Assembly (NCBI RefSeq): GCF_009914755.1
Contig: NC_060933.1
Strand: one strand, 5' to 3'
Origin: the human T2T-CHM13v2.0 reference genome, Homo sapiens
Length of the DNA: 64,000 nucleotides
Numbering within the stretch: position 1 is the first letter of the stretch; each line of letters begins with the position of its first letter. Of this stretch, positions 38,971 through 53,500 are shown one piece after another. A program made the translations under genes and the position numbers. The notes under the pieces were generated by a model. It searched no databases, had not been told where the DNA came from, and saw nothing but the letters and a program-made list of their open reading frames with translations.

Positions 38971-39486
38971 GTTGAGGCATCCACTTGCTTTAAAAGACAA
39001 ACCAGGAGCACTTTCTGCTTCTCTAGATTCTTACTCAATATGGTCATTATTAGAAATTTGCAGTGGAGAGTTAAGCGAGAGTAAAATGAATGCCAAGAAG
39101 GCAGGAGACAGCCTTGCTATTTTGTAAAAAGCTTTGTGCTCTGTGGGTAAATGTTTGGTATCTGGTAAATTGGACAAAAGACTGGGGGTAAATCTTGCCA
39201 TCAGCCTGAGTTGTCAGAGGGCAGTAAAGGACAGTTCAAACAAGTGGTCTTTTTCTATCCTTTTCAAGTAATTCATAAAATAGCTCCTATGGATAGGGTC
39301 AGGGCAGAGCTCCAGGTACTACTGGAAACATTATTGATGATAATCAAAAAACCTATGGTAATATCAAGTGCCAATAGAGAATAACATATAATCTGAATAA
39401 GGATTTCAGATTATATTTGAATGGAGTTTTGAATATATAGGAATCAGTTATTCTCCTTTGATGAGGGCGACCATTCTTCTCAATCT

Positions 39487-39775
39487 GCGGTTTCAGTGTT
39501 GGCTTCCTTTGGGATCTTTAACAAATCCTAATGCCCGAGCTACATCTAGGCCAATTAAATCAGAAGCCCTGGGTGGGATCCTGGCATCAGTAATTCTCAA
39601 AGCTCCCCAGATGATTTCAATGGGCAGACAAATTTGAGAACCAGAGTGCTATATCAGCGGTCCTTAGACATCTGCGTATATCAAAATCACCTGGAGAACT
39701 TGGTAAAGCTGGGGCTTCTAGGAGCTTTATTAACTCTCCAGGTGATTCTCGTAAACATCATAGTTGAGAACTGCT
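39487..39775. mobile_element. MER5B/MER5A-like hAT fragments
   Basis: ccaattaaatcagaa ... aagctccccagatgatttcaatg ... ttgagaacc. Confidence 0.7.
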
Positions 39776-39904
39776 TCTCTATTTCACTCTTTAGGGTCTA
39801 TTCTATTTTAAAATAGAAAAAAAATAACACTCTTCCTAGTTGAGGAATTGCCTAGAGTAAACACTACATGCAGGTGGGCACATTTGGGTCCTCACAACTC
39901 ATTA

Positions 39905-40857
39905 CTGGGTCTTGTGCCAGGCACTGGCAAGCTCCCATGTCCTGTAGATGCCAACCTTGCCCTCTGCAGCCCTTCTAACTCCTTTCTGGCAATGGCCCCT
40001 AGTCCAGTTTTGAAGTATCTCTCAGTCCTAATTTGAAAGTATGGCGAATCTGTTGTTCATATGACACATTTTGAGACTTGGTCCATAAGAGACATGGTGG
40101 TTGCTCAGTCAGGAACTCAAGGTAAGGCCACTTCCTGTAGACATCTTGTGTCTTATTTTACCTCTGGTTGCTTTTCACAGATTTTCATGCTTTCTGAATT
40201 GCTGATTTTTTTGAAACAGTTTTCTTGGTTGTTGTTTCATGGAACAATTCCCATGTTCCAGAAATGCAGTCCCAAGCCTGCCAGGACTTGTATTGTCAGG
40301 CACTTCAGTAAGTACTCTGAGTTTAAACATCTGAATCTTTGAAGCTCAAATTATTTACATTATTCTGTAGTTTGCTTTATGTTCCTCTTGTTACATTCAG
40401 TTTTAGGGAGTTGGGGGAGGTAGAAACTGCGGAATGAGGTAGTTCAAATTTATGTGTACTTTTAATTTAATTTAATTCTTTAGAGAAAAGAGGTCTTTGT
40501 TACCTGTGATGAGAAGTTGAGCAATTAGAAATTCATGAGGGAGATATAGGATTTGGAGAACACAGCAATTCATACTACTGCTTGTCTTTGGATGTAGCCA
40601 AGAGTCCATAGGAGTCCTGAGTGTGCATTTCCAGCCAGTCTTTCTCATTGGGCAGGGCTAAAAGCTTCCAGGAAAGCAATTTAATTGGCCTAATTGTATC
40701 AGAAAACAATATTCATGTTATAGCAATTGGTGGGTGCAATATTTAGGGCTATGTTTCTTGCTAGAAGAGCCACATCTTAGGCCACTATATAGGATGATGT
40801 GAATTGAAGGATTGACAATAGCCTCTCCAACCAAAAATAACTCTTTGGTCGTAGATG
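39905..40857 (-). pseudogene. Cluster of exon-like relic segments (approx. 40720-40857, 40576-40657, 39905-40336)
   Basis: Phase-1 starts with open frames ASTTKELFLVGEAIVNPS..., ALPNEKDWLEMHTQDSYGLLATSKDKQ; also RVLTEVPDNTSPGRLGTAFLEHGNCSMKQQPRKLFQKNQQFRKHENL. Confidence 0.4.
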
Positions 40858-40899
40858 CTACAGTGTTTCAATGGACACAATTAGAGAGCTTTCCTTTGA

Positions 40900-42220
40900 G
40901 TTCATTTATCCAACAAACATTTACCAAATACCCCTACTATGTACCAGATTTTGTGCCAGGCACCTGGGACATAAAGATGAATAAGACCTGATCTCTCCTG
41001 CTGGGAGATTCACAGTATAGTGATGGAGAGAGACAAACAAGTACATTTTGGAGCAAAATGGGGCAAGCACTTTCAAGTATGCATTTATGGAGTGCTGTAA
41101 GAGTCAGGTTAGAAAGGGCTTTTTTGTGGGAAAGGGCATTTTGAATTGGGGTTTAAGAGATGAAAAATTATTTTGTAAGTGAAGAAGGACTAGGATGTTT
41201 ATTCTTTGAATGAAACGTCACTGAGCGAAGGATGTGCATGAAAGCCTAGGGTCCCCAAATGTTGATCAGAGAAAGTAAAAGTATGTGTGTGCCTGGACCA
41301 TATATGGATGGAAATGGGTGTGGATAATGAGGCTGGATCACATTCAGGAGCATCTTGTATACTACATAGGGAGGGTGGGCCTCTATCCTGAAGGTATTAG
41401 AAAACAAATTGAGATGTCTAAGCTGGGGATGGAGCTACGTGTTTATGAATTTTGTGAAAGAATATAACTCTTACAGTATGAGAGATAGTTTAAACTAGAA
41501 AGAGGCTGGTTATGAGAAGTGAAGCTTTTTACAATATTTCAGGCAAGAGATGATGAGGCCATAGGCTAAGGATTTCATATATCTGCCATGTGTCCTACTA
41601 CTCCTTTCTGCACCATAACAGACATTACTAGTCAATCTGTTCTGTTCCCTGGTTATCCTAGAATTTTTCTCCATACAGCACATCAGGAAGCCACTGTTTA
41701 TTAACATACAACATATAAACATATAACATATAAACATAATAATAATGTTTATAATGATGAAACTTGTTTATCATCTTTGTCAGAGAAGAGGGAAAGAAAC
41801 AGAATAAACATGATAACTGACAGCTTAAACGTTGAGGCTTAAAGAGAAAGTCAGGAATAACTAACTCTTTCTCTATTGGAAGGCTTAGAGGCATGGTGAT
41901 ACAACTAAATAAAACTGACCTCAAAGGACACAGAACATCCTTGGGGTGGAAGATGATAATTTCAGTTTGGGTTGTGTTTTGAGATGCAAGCACAACATTC
42001 AAGTGGAAGTACATGCAAGTTAATAACTACGAGGTGCATATAAGACTTTAAACCAGTGTTATTCACCACATTACCCCACACTGGCTATGGTTCTTAGCCA
42101 GGAATGTATGTCTGGAGCTTGCAAGATATTTTAGAGCTGGAAATATAGGTTTGGCATATTTTACTCTAGAATATAGATTTTGCCATTTAAGCCATGGACA
42201 TCATTCAAGGAGAGGGCTAT
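40900..42220 (-). mobile_element. L2 LINE fragments
   Basis: ttcatttatccaacaaacatttacc 3' end; gggtggaagatgataatttcagtttggg. Confidence 0.75.
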
Positions 42221-42877
42221 TAACTCAGAAGTCTTTTTTAAAAGTGTCAATACACATGAGAATAATATTAAATTAATTTACAAAAAAGTATTAGCATGAT
42301 TTCAGATATCTTTCTCAAGGATTATGGCCTCAGGCAGTATCCTAAAATCAATGGGATATGGAAAGTGAAAAGTGATAGAGGGTTAAAAAGGGACATAGAA
42401 TGTAGATGAGTAAGTGAAAGACAGATTTCGCTCACTTGGCAATTTTATCTGGGGTCGAGTCAATTCTTAAGGGAGGCAAGACTTAAGAATAGTTTTGATC
42501 TGTGGCACTGTTGAATGAAGTACTTTTACTTGGTTTTAGCCATGGAGTTATGTGCTTCCTAGCCTTATCTTAATATTTTCTTCCTCAATGAATAATTATA
42601 TTGAAGCAACTTGGAGAGAAGACCACATAATAATATGTTAAACTGATTTGTTTTCCTCCTGATTAATGTACACCAGAAGATTTTCCTCTTTGTTCTTGTT
42701 AAATCAATTAACTTGGTATCTGAAATACACCAACGGGTTATGTTGCCCAGAGGAGAAATAGAAATGTCTAATATTCTATCATTTCATATGAAAACTATAG
42801 TACTGCTTGGTAGTTGTTCGTTTACTTAGGGTTGACTATAGGAAAACAAACCATCAGCCTTCAAAACTGAGATTTAC

Positions 42878-43660
42878 CTTCTCCCTGACCATGACTGGTA
42901 GTGAAGTCTTGAGAACTGTGAGGAAATGTTTTGGCTACTTGTTCCCCTCTCGGTGGCCTATAGTGTCTTGGAAGCATGTGGCAGGCATTCAAGGGATGTT
43001 TCAGCTTATTTTAAATCCCTGGTTGAAAGGAGTTGAGATACAGACATGGCAAGGTGAGCCACTTGCTCTGGCAGCACAGGCCAAGCTCATTCTTTCCGTC
43101 TGTGCTCAGAAAAGCTGCAGCTCCGGGCTTTCCTGGGCTTGGAGTATTCTGTCTCTGTCCACTGGTCTTTTCACTCTTGGGCCGGGGAGGGCATGCAAAA
43201 GGAAAGGTTGTGTCTTAGTCATCTTTGGCTGCTATAACAAATTATAATAGACTGGGCAGGTTAAACGCAGGTATTTTTTTCTCACTGTTCTGGAGGATGG
43301 AAATCTGAGATAAGGGTGCTACCATGTCTGAGTTTTGGTAAGGTTCCTCTTTCTGATTTGCAGACAGTCATCTTCTAGCTGTGTCCTTACATAATGAAGA
43401 GAGAACTGTCTCTCTTCCTGTTCTTCTAAGGGCCCTAATCCTATTATGAGCGCTCCACCCTCATGGCCTCGTCTCTCCCTAATCACCTTCCAAAAGCCCC
43501 ATCTGCAAAGACCTTCACTTTCGGGTTAGGGCTTCAACATATGAACTTGGGGGGACACGATTCGGTCCATAGCAGGTTGGCTGCACATTCATAAACTTCT
43601 GGGTTTCCTGGATAGCTGGATTTACTAGGCTCATTTCATACCACGCTCTTTCCAATGTAT
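42878..43660 (-). pseudogene. Exon relic interrupted by MLT1A
   Basis: Donor GAAG|gtaaat (phase 1); about 135 codons with one stop after removing the LTR and one TSD. Confidence 0.55.
43211..43574 (-). mobile_element. MLT1A-type MaLR solo LTR
   Basis: tgtcttagtc ... ccatagca termini; perfect TSD ggttg. Confidence 0.9.
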
Positions 43661-45705
43661 TTACTTTTTTTACTTTTTTAATTGGCAAAAATTGTTTATA
43701 TTTATCTTGTATAACATGTTTTGAAGTATGTGTACACTGTGGAATGGCTAAATCAGCTAATTAACATACGTATTACCTCACATACTTATCTTTTGTGATG
43801 AGAGCACTTAAAATCTACTTTCTTAGCAATTTTCCATAATATAATACAGTGTTATTAACTATAGTCACCACATTGTACAATAGGTCTCTTGGACTTATTC
43901 CTCCTGTCTACCTGAAATTTTGTACCCTTTGACCAACATCTTTTCCCCTTTCCTACCCCAGCCTCTGGTGCTCACCAGTCTACTCTCTGCATCGATGAGT
44001 TCAGTTTTCAGATTCCACACGTGAGATCATGCAATATTCATCTTTTTGTGCCTTGCTTATTTTAATTAACATAATGTCCTCCAGGTTCATCCATGTTTTT
44101 GCAAATGATAGTATTTCCTTCTTTTTTATGGCTGAATAGTACTCCATTGTGTATATATGCCACATTTTCTTTATTCATCCTTTAATGGACACTTAAGTTA
44201 ATTCCATGTCTTGGCTATTGTGAATAGTGCTGAAATAAACATGGGAGTCCAGATAGCTCTTTGACATACTGATTTATTTCCTTTGGGTTTATACTCAGCA
44301 GTGGGATTGCCGGATCATATGGTGGTACTATTTTTAATTTTTTAGTGAAAATCCATACTGTTTTTTATAGTGGCTATGCTAATTTACATTTCTACCAACA
44401 GTGTGCAAGGGTTTTCTTTTCTCTACATCCTTGCCAGCACTTGTTATCTTTCACATTTTTGAAAATAGGCTAACTGGGGTGAGATGACAACTCATTGTAG
44501 TTTTAGTTTGCATTTTCTTGATGATTAGTGATCTTAAATATGTTTTTTCATATAGCTGGTGGCAATTTTTTATGTCTTCTTTTGGGAAATGCCAATTCAG
44601 TTCCTTTACCAGTTTTATAATTGACTTTTTTTTTTTGCTATTGGAATGTTTGAGTTCCTTATATATTTTGGACATTGACTCTTTATCAGATGTGTGGTTT
44701 GCAAATGTGTTATCCCACTTCATAGTTTATCTCTTTCTCTGTTAATTGATTGTTTCCTTTGCGTGCTGAAGCTTTTTAGTTTGATATAATCTCTTTTTTT
44801 ATTCTTGCTTTTACTGCATGTGCTTTTGGAATCATATCCAAATAATCATTGCCTAGACCAACATCATGGAGCTTTCCTGTATCCTTTTCTCTAGTTACTT
44901 TACAGTTTCAGGTTTTAAGTCAGTAGTTCATTTTGAATTGATTTTTTTATCTGGTATTAGTTAAAGGTATAATTGTATTCTTCTGTATGTGGATATCCAG
45001 TTTCCTCAACACCATTTATTGAAAAGACTATCATTTCCTATTGTGTGTTCTTGACACCTTTGTCAAAAATCAATTGACTGTAATTGTGTGGACTTATTTC
45101 TGGGATCTCTATCTTGTTCCACTGGTCTGTGTATCTGATTTTTGCCAGTGCCTTGCTGTTTTGATTATTATACCTTTGTAGTATATTTTGAAGTCAGGTA
45201 GTGTGATGCTTCCAGTTTTCTTGTTTTTGCTCAAGATTGTTTGGCTATCTAGGGTCTTTTGTGGTTCCATGCAAATTTTAGGATTTTTTTCTATTTCTGC
45301 TAAAAATGTCATTGGAATTTTGGTAGGGTTGCATTGAATCTGTAGATTACTTTCGGTAGTATGGACGTTTTAACAATATTTATTCTACCAATCCATGAAC
45401 TTGGGATATCTTTCCATTTATTTGTGTCTTCTTCAATTTCTGTAATCAATGTTTTATAATTTTCAATGTACAGGTCTTTCACCTCCTTGGTTAAATATAT
45501 TCTTAAGTATTTTTTTTTCTGGTAGCTATCATAAATTAAATTTTTTATTGATTTCTTTTTTGGATAGTTGTCAGTGCATAGAAACACTATTGATTTGTAT
45601 ATGATGATTTTGTATCCTCCAACTTTACTGAGTTTTTCAGTTCTAGCAGTTGTTTGGTAGATTCCTTAGGGTTTTCTAAATATAAGTTCATGTCATCATA
45701 ACATG
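43660..45705 (-). mobile_element. L1MA-family LINE, 5'-truncated
   Basis: L1MA 3' UTR; ORF2 remnants (ORFs 44451-44723, 45109-45587: EEDTNKWKDIPSSWIGRINIVK). Confidence 0.93.
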
Positions 45706-45769
45706 ATCTTATATTTATAAATAAATATGAAAGGTAACAAATGTTTGTCTTAAAAGACAAGACAATTCT

Positions 45770-46370
45770 CTTATCTTTTAAAAACCTAAGTCAGATCTCC
45801 TTTCATCTCTACTCAGACCCCAGAATTGTCTTCCCATCTCGCCGAGGGTAAAAGCCAATGTTCTTACATAGCTTGCAAGACCTTTGGTGATCTGGCTCCT
45901 GAAATGCTCCCTGTCATTCATTCTTCTGCAGCCATCCTGTCCTCTCTCCTGTCCTTTAAACAATCAGGCACCTCCCTAGCACCTCAGGGCCTTTGCACTG
46001 GTTGCTTGTTCTGCCTGGAGCACTCAGATGTACACACGTCTTGCTCTCTTTCTCCTTCAAGTATTTGATCAAATATCACTTTCACACCTAGGCTAGGTGT
46101 GAAATACCCTACTTAAAATAAAATTGTTGCCTGCCCGCTTACTGGTCTGCTCAAACTAGTCACCCTGCTTTATTTTCCTCCATAGGACTTACCAGAGTCT
46201 TACAAACAAATCCTTATTTATTTTCTTTATTGTCTGCCTAGCCCCTTTAGAACAAAAGCTCTATCAGGGAAGAAATTTTAGTCTGTTTGGCTCAATGTGG
46301 TTTCCATGTCTAGATTCTACGTAGGGCCTGGCACAGGTATTCAACAGACATCTGTTGAATAAATGAATTT
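45770..46370 (+). mobile_element. L2a LINE 3' end
   Basis: cctcagggcctttgcact ... gcctggcacagg ... ctgttgaataaatgaat. Confidence 0.85.
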
Positions 46371-47820
46371 TCTTTCTGTGGTAAAGAGAGGAGTCCCTGG
46401 GGATATGGTAGAGCTGGAATTTCCCCGTTAAATCCTTTTCATTTCATGCTTTTCTGTTCTGCGTTATGCTCCACTTTGGAATAACTCAACTAAATAACCA
46501 TTAGGTAGAAGACCAACCCTACACATAGTGTTTTAGAAATTTCTATTCCCCAAATGAATTACATACTCCCAAACATCTCCCTGTGGGCCTACCAAATGCC
46601 CCAAATAGTCATTCCAGCATATTTATCCAGCTGAAACTGCCTTGTTGAGGACACCAGTGGTAAAAATAATGAGGAACATTTGTTCATTGTTCACCACGTG
46701 CCAAACACTGGAGTAAGCACTAATGTGCATTATTAGCTCATTTCCGATAATACTCATTTTACAGTTGAGAGACTAAGAGTTAGAATTGGAGGGGAAGGGG
46801 GTTTGTTTGGGAGAAGAATGTCCCAGTGAAAGGTACAGCAAATTTGAAAGTTTAGAGGAAAGTGAGAGTACCGGAAGACATCTAGAAAGGTGGAAGTGGA
46901 GAGTGCATGAGAAATGAGTCAAGTTAAGGATGGAAGAATCATAGTTATAAAGGCTTGTGGTTCATCAGCTTAGAAGTTTCTACATAAATATCTCGGTTAA
47001 AATTTCACCAATTTTTAGACTCTTAAGCCCATGAAATTCTAATCTATCATTTTAGTCCTTCCTCCACTTTACTGGGAGGTTGTCAGTTGTTTTCATGTAA
47101 AGAATTCATTTTCTTCTGGGCATCTTAAAACTAAGGAAAAGCAGGTTCTCTTTTTAAAAAACAATGTGTTTTCCCACTCAGTATGTTCATATTTTTGTTT
47201 TTGGTGATTGTCAGACACTTTTGCTTTATAAACAAAAGCTACTGAATTCATAGTTATTATTCTGCTTGATTCTGCTCCAAAGTAGTTAAATGGAACCTAA
47301 TGTCAGAAAAGTTTACATGACAATGTATTTACTAGGATTAATCCTTCACTCTAAGATCAAACAGGAGAACTAAAGGCAATAATTTTTATCAGATTGCAAA
47401 TATCTGAAGCAGTGGTTCAGGGAAGAATTAGAGGAAATCACAACTTCAGTCATAAAAGAATTATACTATTTATATAAATAAAATCATTCTAGAGTATTGC
47501 CTATTTATAGCAAAGGTTTTTTTTGCCATATGAGATGAATTGATAATTAATCTGTATATATTTTTTGTTGGCAATTTCTTTAGAAAAATACGACAAAATA
47601 TAAAGTATTATAAAATAAATACAAAAGGTCTACAAAATTGCAACCATATTTGTTATAAGCTAAAAACATAATTCTTTTTAATACTCCAGAAGACATTATC
47701 AGACATTTACCAAATTAACATGATAGTGAAGTTTTAATGTAAACTATTAGAAAATGGACAACAGGTAGATAGATATATATCATTTCCCTGATGATAAGTT
47801 ATATCATGAAGAAAATGCAA

Positions 47821-48529
<709 letters not shown>

Positions 48530-48882
48530 AATGAGATATCACCTCACATCTGTTAGAATGACTATTTTGAAAAAGAGATGAAAGATAGTAAGTTTAGGCA
48601 AGGAATCAGAGAAAAGGTTCAGTTCTGAAGATTCATTTATTCATTCATTTAACAAGTATTGAATGCCAGTTATGTGCCAGGCACTAGTATAGCCACTACA
48701 GTGAGTAAAGTAAAATTTTGTGGTCATTGACTCTATATTCTGGTGGAGAAAAACAGACAATAAACAAACCAATAAATATATATCAAATATCAGATGATAA
48801 TTTCTAAAGATTAGGGGACAGAGTATGCGGGCTGAAGATGTTGCTGCAGAAGTTATATATCAGAGGGCAAAAATCAGATTAC

Positions 48883-49098
48883 CAACCAAATGGCTAACCA
48901 GGCAGCTAACAAAGAATGTAACATAGTATTTGTGGCTCTGTTACAAGTCTGGTGTCCTCTGTTCTATGTTCATCTCATACTCAATGTCTGACCCTGGGTA
49001 CATAATATTTTCTGAGACCCGAATTATTCAATTGTCAAGGAGAGGGTTGTGTAAGTCAGTCCTTGAGGCCTTCTCTGGCTGTGCATTTTCGGCTCTGT
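48883..49098 (-). pseudogene. Exon relic, 216 nt (phase 1-1)
   Basis: cattcaatttcag|AC RAENAQPEKASRTDLHNPLLDN*IIRVSENIMYPGSDIEYEMNIEQRTPDL ... G|gtaatc. Confidence 0.5.
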
Positions 49099-49244
49099 CT
49101 GAAATTGAATGAATGCTTAGCTGTAGACAGACAAAGTGCTCAGAACCCTGTGCACTTAGTTGAGAAATCAGGGGAGAGGGGAGACTAAAATAGAATATGG
49201 TAGTTGTTCCACTTGTAGTTAAATACAGGATCCCAGTTCTCCTT

Positions 49245-49733
49245 TCTTAGGCTGAATAACGGTCCCCTATGTTATCAAGTCCTAATCCCGAGACCCTGCA
49301 AATGCTGCTTTATTTGGAAAAAAGGGTCTTTGCAGATGTAATTACATTAAGGATATTGAGTTAGGGGGATTATCCTGGATTATCCACAAGGGCCCTTAAT
49401 GCAATCACATGTATGCTTATAAAACAGGCAGAGAGAGACTGGACACACTCAGAGGGGAAGACCACATGAAGAAAGGTCTGAAGATGCTGGTCTTGATTAC
49501 AGTGAGGAGGGGATAATCCAAGAAATGCCCACAATGACCAGGAGCTGGAAGAGGCAAAGAATGAATTCTCCCCTAAAGCCTCCAAAGAGAGCATGGCCCT
49601 GTTAATACCTTGGTTTCAGCCTAGTGATACTGATTTTGGGTTTTTGGCCTCCAGAGCTCTAAGTAAATAGAACTGTGTTGTTTCAAGCCATCAAATTTGT
49701 GGTAATTTGTTCTAGCAGGTTCGAGAAACTAAC
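49245..49733 (+). mobile_element. MLT1C/D-type MaLR LTR
   Basis: aaaagggtctttgcagatgtaatt ... gattatcctggattatcc ... tttgtggtaatttgtt. Confidence 0.88.
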
Positions 49734-49904
49734 AGTAGGACTAGCACTTCCCTGTGCAAGTTAGATGCAGCCATATGGTTGCGTTGGCTGATGCCATGTG
49801 AGTGGAAGTGATGTGTGTCTTTAGAGCAAGTGCCTGCTTTTCCATGCTCTCTTTTCCATTTGGTGATGGAAAGTTTGGAGATGGTGGCTGCCTTGTTGTC
49901 CTGG

Positions 49905-50493
<589 letters not shown>

Positions 50494-50574
50494 TTATAGG
50501 GTCTCCGAGTGACCATGTTGAAAAGAACTTCCTTGTTGATTTATAAAGAACGTAAGTGTGATTGCAAAATTAAT

Positions 50575-53500
50575 CTTTGTGGTTTCAAGCTCCTGAGACT
50601 TGGGGATTGTTTTGCAAGCCTCTCCTAGCTGGAGGCAAGGAGGCTGACTGGCTGCTGTCAAAACATTTCCAGTAACACTTTGTTGTACCTCTTGCTCTTT
50701 GGTGGTCCTGTGGTCCCTGGAACCTCTCCTCTGGCATCCCAGTGAAGCCAGGACAGTCACAAACCATGACCTCCATATCTAGTATTTCCATGTGATGATA
50801 ATGCATAATTCAAGGTTCTGTAGTCAAATACACAGAGAAATGCTGGGCTATTCAAGGTGAAATGGTTTAATCTTCCTATAAGACTTCTCAGAGGCTTCCG
50901 TGTACAGTGCAGCTCCATAGGATGAGGATATAGTGTACGATGTTTCAATCTCTTTTTGTCAGAGTGAGGCAGATCCCAGGTGAAACTAGTTCCTTATTGC
51001 ATTGGGCCATGACACTTCCCGTGTGTATCATTAACACACCACATTCCCTCACTCAGCTGACCCAGGGGCAGCATAGGTGTAGGATAGCTTTAAAATGTCT
51101 CCCTGTTCAGTATGAGTTGGACTGTATTAGACTGTTAGGATAGCAGATTAATATATAACTTGTAGACTATTACCTGACAGATGAGGAGGGCAGGATTTAG
51201 GTGCAATGGTGGAGTGATTTGCTTGAGTTTTCCTTATTCTTTGCATTTGCCCCTTTGAGCCTGCCCCAAAGCCTGGTTGTTTGAAGGATGCATCCAAGGG
51301 CTTGAACTTGTAAGGCCTCCTTTCAGCTGTTATTTTGATTTTGGATGGATTCCACCTCTCAATTGTCTCAGATATTTTTCCGTCTCTGCAATGGTTGCGA
51401 TCCCAACCCTAGAGTTCTTGGAGCTCACAGGCACTAAGAAACAGGTCCCTGATTTTTTATTACCCATAGTCCTTGGAAACACTTAAAGTGCCCTTTTAAC
51501 ATTCAAGACCACATGAATCTTTATGAGAAAAAGAATGTTTGCCAAAATGAAGAATCAGCATAAAAGTTCAAGTGACCTGACTAATAAAAAAATAAATAAG
51601 TAAAAAAGGGACTTGACTGGTCCCACAATTTGTGGAGCCTGGCAAAGTCGTCAGTTCTTCTGGCATTGTTGAGTACCTGTTGTAAATTCCAAAAAAGGGC
51701 TCCAATTCTTCACCACTCCCCAGATCTACTCCCTTTATGGAGCCCTTCCCCTTGGTGTGTTGTTCTTGTTTCCTCCTTCACTCTGACCTCAGCCATGTGG
51801 TTTGCTGTGGGCCAGTGGCACACCAGTTCTGCAGTTTCCATTGTTATAAATGTTGTTGCTAATATTCAGAATCAATAGGTAAGAAAAATCCTTAAATGAT
51901 GTGCTTTTAAATCAAATGGGAAAGGGAAGAATTCCTATTCTAACTTTTGAGAGTATATACACTTTTAAAAAGGATGGAGATCCTACCAAAAACCTAAGCC
52001 CACGTAAGAGGAACTGGAGGAAGAAAAGAAAGTTGAAAATGCTGCTCATGAAGACAAAGGAAAGGGGAATAGACCAGGCGGGTAGACCACAGGCTCCCCC
52101 AAGGCTCATGTGAACCTGCCAACGTGCACAAATGGTAACCAAAGGCACAATGTTGGATTAAATATATTATATTGTCATACATGGAAGTATCTTGCCTTAT
52201 TTCATCTGATAGGGAAAGAGCATGTCTCTATGTTCCTTGAAAGACTGAAGAGTTTTTGTTGGGGGAAGGTTCTAAAAGGCAATTTTGAGGACACTTTTAA
52301 GGTAAACCATGGGTCAGGATTTTGTTTTTCAAATAAAACTGACTGAGGGAGTTCGATTTCTCCGTCCTTTCTTGAATTATGTCCCCTCCTCACCACCACT
52401 GTTGCAAAATAAGGTGTGAGAAATGAGGTTGTAGATGTTCTCTTGAAAAATATACCTTTCTGTTTCTTAAGAAACCATCACATTCCTTTTTCACTTCAAC
52501 TTCAGATTATATCAAAGGTAGGCCCATCTTTAAAATGTACAAAATGGCCCAGATGTGCGTTTACTGTTTTCCCCTTTTATCTTTCATTATGTTGTTATTT
52601 TGTGGTCATAAAGCCTTAATGCTTTGGTTTAAATGGTAGCTAAATTCAAAAGTACCTTCTGCTGGATTTGATTCCAAGTTCACAAAATTAAGTTTTCATT
52701 ATATTTATGCCTAGACAGTGTTTTTCTTCTCCACCTGTCAGTTATTTTTAAGGACTGAATAATAAGTGTGTGAAGTGTGACATCAAATTATGAGATTACT
52801 GTTTCAAGAGGTAAACTGAATTTGAGTATGAAAATGTCATATTCTCTGGAAGTCAGGTGCCATTTCAGTAATACTACAATTATTCAAAAGACTTTCAGAT
52901 TCCTTTCTTATATTGCTTTCTGGTCTGACTTACTAACCTTAAAAACAAGGGATAAATTTTTGTAGACACTTGCTTGATAACCCCTCGTAGCTTTCCCTAC
53001 TAGAGTATCACATGTGTGAGCGAAGCAGATTGGCTTCCAGACCAGCCCATTTTAACTGTGAATATGACTAAGCAACTTCAATTGACACCATGTAGAACAG
53101 AAGAATCACCAAGCAGAAACTTGCCAGAATTCTTGACCCACAAAAGTGAGAATGACAATAAAATGGTTGTTGGTATAAGCCAGTAAGCTTTAGGGAAATT
53201 TATTATGCAGGAGTGAGTAACTGGAAAAGAACTCCTGAAAACAAACAATTGCTAGAAGTTCATTTTCTGTGTTATGCAACTTAAAATGGTTTATCCCTCA
53301 GTCAAGACCTAGGTGTCATTGGTTCATTGTTCATATCTAGTGGCGAAATCACTGTGAGACTCAGAGACACTTGTCTCTGTGGAGTGCCTGACACAAAGGT
53401 GGCCAATTGTGTCCATCCACATAGGCACTGCCTCATGCCAGATATTGTAGTACCTGGCATGCGGTTCACTGCCATATCCCTAGTGCCTAGTACCCTACAT

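Noticed and set aside
42807-43247. 146-aa plus-strand ORF
   Set aside because: Non-ATG start, runs into the LTR, and is antisense to the exon relic.
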